Positions 28,060-31,598 of a stretch of 31,598 nt of DNA are shown here, one piece after another. A program made the translations under genes and the position numbers. The stretch comes from a virus (lineage: Duplodnaviria > Caudoviricetes). Positions within the stretch are counted from its first letter, which is position 1. Each line of letters opens with the position of its first letter. Under the pieces are notes generated by a model, which worked only from the letters and a program-made list of their open reading frames with translations, searched no databases and was not told the DNA's origin. Where the stretch lies: positions 1 to 31,598 of the IMG/VR virus record IMGVR_UViG_3300017774_006457; one strand, 5' to 3'.

Positions 28060-28389
28060 TTATGTAGATAAAGAGTGTACTAATCTAACTTCTGGAATTA
28101 ACTTCCCAATGAGTTCTTCAAAGCGGAGCTTTCCCTGTATTTTCATACAAAGTTGAAAAAGCCTATTAGTTCTACTTCCCAATTGAGTCTGTAAGCCTTT
28201 CGGCCCCTAACACTTATCGGATGTCGGTAGGATCATCCATCGCGTGTTAGCCCTTACACCTACACTCCCACTATTACTAGTGGTTATCTGGGTCGCAAGC
28301 TCCTATAGCGTTGCCCACGTTTCGAACTAATAAGACTTATCGTTTTTTTTGGAGTACGACAAACCTTATCCGCTAATTGGGCGGTATGT
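28060..28389 (-). ncRNA. Unidentified large structured RNA
   Basis: GC-enriched ORF-free island with its own promoter, three GNRA hairpins, nested long-range helices; 3' end approximate. Confidence 0.7.
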
Positions 28390-28395
28390 TTATAT

Positions 28396-28424
28396 ATAGT
28401 ATAATGTATATTTATGTTTGTCAA
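28396..28424 (-). promoter_or_regulatory. Sigma70-type promoter for the structured RNA
   Basis: TTGACA-17-TACTAT. Confidence 0.7.
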
Positions 28425-28453
28425 ATAAATTTATTTAAAATATAATACTTATA

Positions 28454-29197
28454 ATGAAAAAAGTTTCTTATTGTACTGTATGCTATGGTAGATTATGGCA
28501 ATTAGCCTTCACTTTAAAAGATAATTTAGAAAACCTCAAAGATGACGAAGAGCTAGTACTAGTTGATTATAATAGTCCAGATGATACTATGCTTTTCGTT
28601 TTAGGAACAAAATTTTTTGAAAAATATATTCAAGAAAATAAATTAAAATTTATTAAAATTCTAAATATTGAAGAATACAATTGCCCTAAATCTAAAAACA
28701 TATCTCACAGATTAGCTTCTGGTGGAATTTTAGTAAATTTAGACGTTGATAATTATTTATTAGGCATGAGAGATAAAATTGATAAGACTTTTAATAAAAA
28801 CGATACAAGCATACTACATATGTTTAATGAATCGAAAGGGGGGACTTTTGGTAGAATAGCTTTAACAAAAAATATGTTTTATAAATTAGGAGGTTATGAT
28901 GAACAACTCTTACAACATGCCCACCAAGATTCAGATTTAATCGAAAGAGGGAAAGGCATTGGTCTAGAATACGTATTAGATCCTTTAGATACAACTGTGA
29001 TACCGAATAATATTTATGTTAAAAATAGATATTTAAATCAAAACTGGTTTGATATGAAACAAAAAAATATTCAAATTAGTGAAAAAAACTTAATAAATAA
29101 AGAATTTGTTGCAAATAAAAAATATGGTTGGGGAAATTGCAGTTTCATTGAGAATTACGATAAAAAAATAAATAATTATTCATCTATATTTCCATAA
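28454..29197 (+). CDS. Glycosyltransferase family 2/7C-like
   Basis: LVDYNSPD, NLDVD, GGYDE...QDSDL. Confidence 0.85.
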   Translation: MKKVSYCTVCYGRLWQLAFTLKDNLENLKDDEELVLVDYNSPDDTMLFVLGTKFFEKYIQENKLKFIKILNIEEYNCPKSKNISHRLASGGILVNLDVDNYLLGMRDKIDKTFNKNDTSILHMFNESKGGTFGRIALTKNMFYKLGGYDEQLLQHAHQDSDLIERGKGIGLEYVLDPLDTTVIPNNIYVKNRYLNQNWFDMKQKNIQISEKNLINKEFVANKKYGWGNCSFIENYDKKINNYSSIFP

Positions 29198-29216
29198 TAT
29201 AATGTAATAATATTAT

Positions 29217-29897
29217 ATGGTATATAGAGTATTCAGTTCTTATCAAACAGATAATCCTAGAATAAAAAATGCCATTGAATCTTGGAATAGACAAAGCATT
29301 ATAAATATTCCAATAAATAATTCGGAACTTAAAAGAAATCTAAGCGGTTTACCATTTTTAAAAGACTTGCTAGACGTAGGATATTCTAAATGCAAGGAAG
29401 ATGATGATATTATACTATATGCAAATGTTGATATAGGATTAGTAGAAGATTTCAAAGATTTTCCAAAAGAAAATTTCTTTTCGGTTAGAAAAAATGTAGA
29501 AAATATAAGAAAATATAACAAATCAGAGATAGAAATTATAAAACACCAACCAGTAATATGTGCTGATATTTTTGGTATAACAAAAAAATGGTATGAAGAA
29601 AATAGATATATTATACCAGATTTTATTATAGGTTCTCCAAGTTGGGATTTAGCTTTACTTTATATGACAGACGGCATAAGATTAGATAATATTTCTTTTC
29701 ATGTTATTCATGAAGCAGAATGGACAAAAAATTATAATAAACCTTTACACGCTTATAATAGAAAAATATTTTATACTTTTCTTAAATCAAAAGGGTTTGA
29801 TTTATCAAATATTAAAAATAAACAACTCACAAAATTACCTATTAAAATATTAAATATTTTTAAAAAATCTAAAGGATTTGATTATCTATATTATTGA
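29217..29897 (+). CDS. Putative glycosyltransferase-like protein
   Basis: LPFLKD, YANVDI, ADIF, IGSPSWD, HVIH motifs; next to a GT2 gene. Confidence 0.55.
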   Translation: MVYRVFSSYQTDNPRIKNAIESWNRQSIINIPINNSELKRNLSGLPFLKDLLDVGYSKCKEDDDIILYANVDIGLVEDFKDFPKENFFSVRKNVENIRKYNKSEIEIIKHQPVICADIFGITKKWYEENRYIIPDFIIGSPSWDLALLYMTDGIRLDNISFHVIHEAEWTKNYNKPLHAYNRKIFYTFLKSKGFDLSNIKNKQLTKLPIKILNIFKKSKGFDYLYY

Positions 29898-29921
29898 ATA
29901 ATGGTGTAATATACTAATAAT

Positions 29922-30920
29922 ATGGAAATTGATTTTTCAGAACAATTAAAAGCAGATAAAAAAGGGAAAGCTCCATTAAATAAACCCTTTAGATTACCTT
30001 CTGGAAGCAAAAAGAAATTTGGGGTTTATGTAAAAAACGATAAAGGTAATATTGTAAAAGTTACTTTTGGAGATCCAAATATGTCTATTAAAAGAGACAA
30101 TCCAGAAAGAAGAAAAGCTTATAGATCAAGACATGGTTGCGATAATCCTGGCCCAAAATGGAAAGCTAATTACTGGTCTTGTAAAATGTGGAGCGCAAAG
30201 CCAGTTAGCAAAATAACTGCTAGTTGTGGTAAACCTAATTGCGGTTCAGTACAAAATAGCGAAGAAGAAATAGTTTTAGAAGTTGACGTTCAAGCAAAAA
30301 ATAAAGGTCTTTGGTATAACATCCAACAGAAGAAAAAAAGAATGGGTAAAAACTATCGCCCAGCAAAACCAGGATCTCCAGATCGCCCAAGTCAAGAAGC
30401 ACTTAAAAAAGCACAAGGCGAAGAATACGAATGGGATGGTGAAACAGAATTTGATCAAGTTGAACTATTGAAACTTGACCCATCTCTAGCTGAAGCTCCA
30501 GAAACTCCAGAAGAAGAACTAGAAGAATATAAAGACGATTTTTATGGAATGATTGTTGGATCAATCAATTCTATTTATCAACATGCAAAAAATGTTATGG
30601 ATAAAGTTAATGATCCAATGGTTAAAGAAAATCTTACAGAACCATTCTTACAACAAATGGCTGCTCTTGCTGAAGATTATATGATTACAATTCATAATTA
30701 TGTAATGTTTAATAAAGAAGACGAAGCTATAGCTTCGACAATGTTTAAAATTGGAGATAAAATTCAAAATATTAATTCAAATTGCTTGCATTATGGCAGC
30801 GAAGGAATTATAAAAGAAATTATTGGAAATGTAGTAGTTTATGAATGCACAAATGATCGTGCAAATTGTAAAAAAGGCGATTTAGTTTATAAGACAAGAA
30901 TTCAATTAAAAAAAATATAA
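29922..30920 (+). CDS. Multidomain hypothetical phage protein
   Basis: Basic domain VTFGDPNM...RHGC...ANYWSC, GLWYNI..KKKR motif, acidic region; GTGTAA upstream. Confidence 0.75.
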   Translation: MEIDFSEQLKADKKGKAPLNKPFRLPSGSKKKFGVYVKNDKGNIVKVTFGDPNMSIKRDNPERRKAYRSRHGCDNPGPKWKANYWSCKMWSAKPVSKITASCGKPNCGSVQNSEEEIVLEVDVQAKNKGLWYNIQQKKKRMGKNYRPAKPGSPDRPSQEALKKAQGEEYEWDGETEFDQVELLKLDPSLAEAPETPEEELEEYKDDFYGMIVGSINSIYQHAKNVMDKVNDPMVKENLTEPFLQQMAALAEDYMITIHNYVMFNKEDEAIASTMFKIGDKIQNINSNCLHYGSEGIIKEIIGNVVVYECTNDRANCKKGDLVYKTRIQLKKI

Positions 30921-30975
30921 TTTATGGCAAACGAAGGTTTGATCTTTCCAAAACTTAACGATAGACAAAAAGATC

Positions 30976-31506
30976 TTGATAAAAAAATTAAATAAACTTT
31001 GGAATTGGAAATCGAAAACAATATCTGTTGGGTTAGCATTAATCGTATCTTGGGTCTCTTGTTTTAAAATTGGTTTTGAACTTAAAAAATATAATAACAT
31101 AACTAACCTTCCAAATTCTTGCTTTGTTGACGCTATGATTTATGCTTCTCAATGTAATCTTCTTTTAACAACAAATAGCGAAGCTTGGAATAACGTTTAT
31201 GGTTTTACATTTTACTACAAAGACGATATAGACAATATAATTGGTCATGCAGTTTGTGTTTTTGAGTATAAGAATAACTTATGGATCTATGATCCAAACT
31301 GGGGAACATCACCAATATGCAAAGTTGGAGATCAAAAACAATATAGGGAAAAAATAAAGTTGTACATCAATAAAACTTATCCTATAATAGTAGTAGAGGA
31401 CTTTATGCTAAATGACTGGACATATGTTCAAAAAATAAAGAAAAATAAAATGAACAAAATCTATAAAGAGGTGTCTATACATTTAGATGAAGACAAAAAG
31501 GAGTAA
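30976..31506 (+). CDS. Membrane-anchored protein with possible transglutaminase/papain-like Cys-His-Asp triad
   Basis: TM helix, NSCF, GHAVCV, WIYDP. Confidence 0.5.
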   Translation: MIKKLNKLWNWKSKTISVGLALIVSWVSCFKIGFELKKYNNITNLPNSCFVDAMIYASQCNLLLTTNSEAWNNVYGFTFYYKDDIDNIIGHAVCVFEYKNNLWIYDPNWGTSPICKVGDQKQYREKIKLYINKTYPIIVVEDFMLNDWTYVQKIKKNKMNKIYKEVSIHLDEDKKE

Positions 31507-31512
31507 CTATAT

Positions 31513-31598
31513 ATGAAAAATAACCTATTAAAAAAGGTACTAAAAAGCACAGCCGCAAAATTAATTGCGGCTTTTTTAATGTCTGGAGCTGTCCAAGA
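31513..31598 (+). CDS. Partial ORF with signal peptide (runs off window)
   Basis: AAGGAG then MKNNLLKKVLKSTAAKLIAAFLMSGAVQ. Confidence 0.6.
   Translation, partial: MKNNLLKKVLKSTAAKLIAAFLMSGAVQ

Noticed and set aside
1-31598. Stop-codon reassignment
   Set aside because: Conserved enzymes are full length under the standard bacterial code

Overview
AT-rich, densely coding segment of a large dsDNA (jumbo-type) bacteriophage; no rRNA, tRNA or CRISPR array seen. It encodes nucleotide metabolism (PurA, IMPDH/GMP reductase, dCMP deaminase, dNMP kinase, class Ia NrdA/NrdB, thioredoxin), a sigma factor, a DUF736-like SSB, about five glycosyltransferases plus pyruvyl- and methyltransferases, a SET-domain protein, a tmRNA with an adjacent HNH-type nuclease, and several Cys-rich Pro/Thr-linker proteins. 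The main discovery is a duplicated cassette (15682-18300 and 21574-24027). In each copy a complete group I intron catalytic core has no upstream exon, sits just behind its own promoter, and has an internal guide sequence that co-varies with a U-G splice site 62-65 nt DOWNSTREAM of the terminal G. This suggests a naturally permuted, self-circularising ribozyme that would release a small rod-like circular RNA and a G-added, nearly leaderless mRNA for a conserved ~550-aa protein. A second, unexplained ~330-nt highly structured RNA lies upstream of nrdA. All calls are by eye from sequence motifs; no database searches or folding programs were run.
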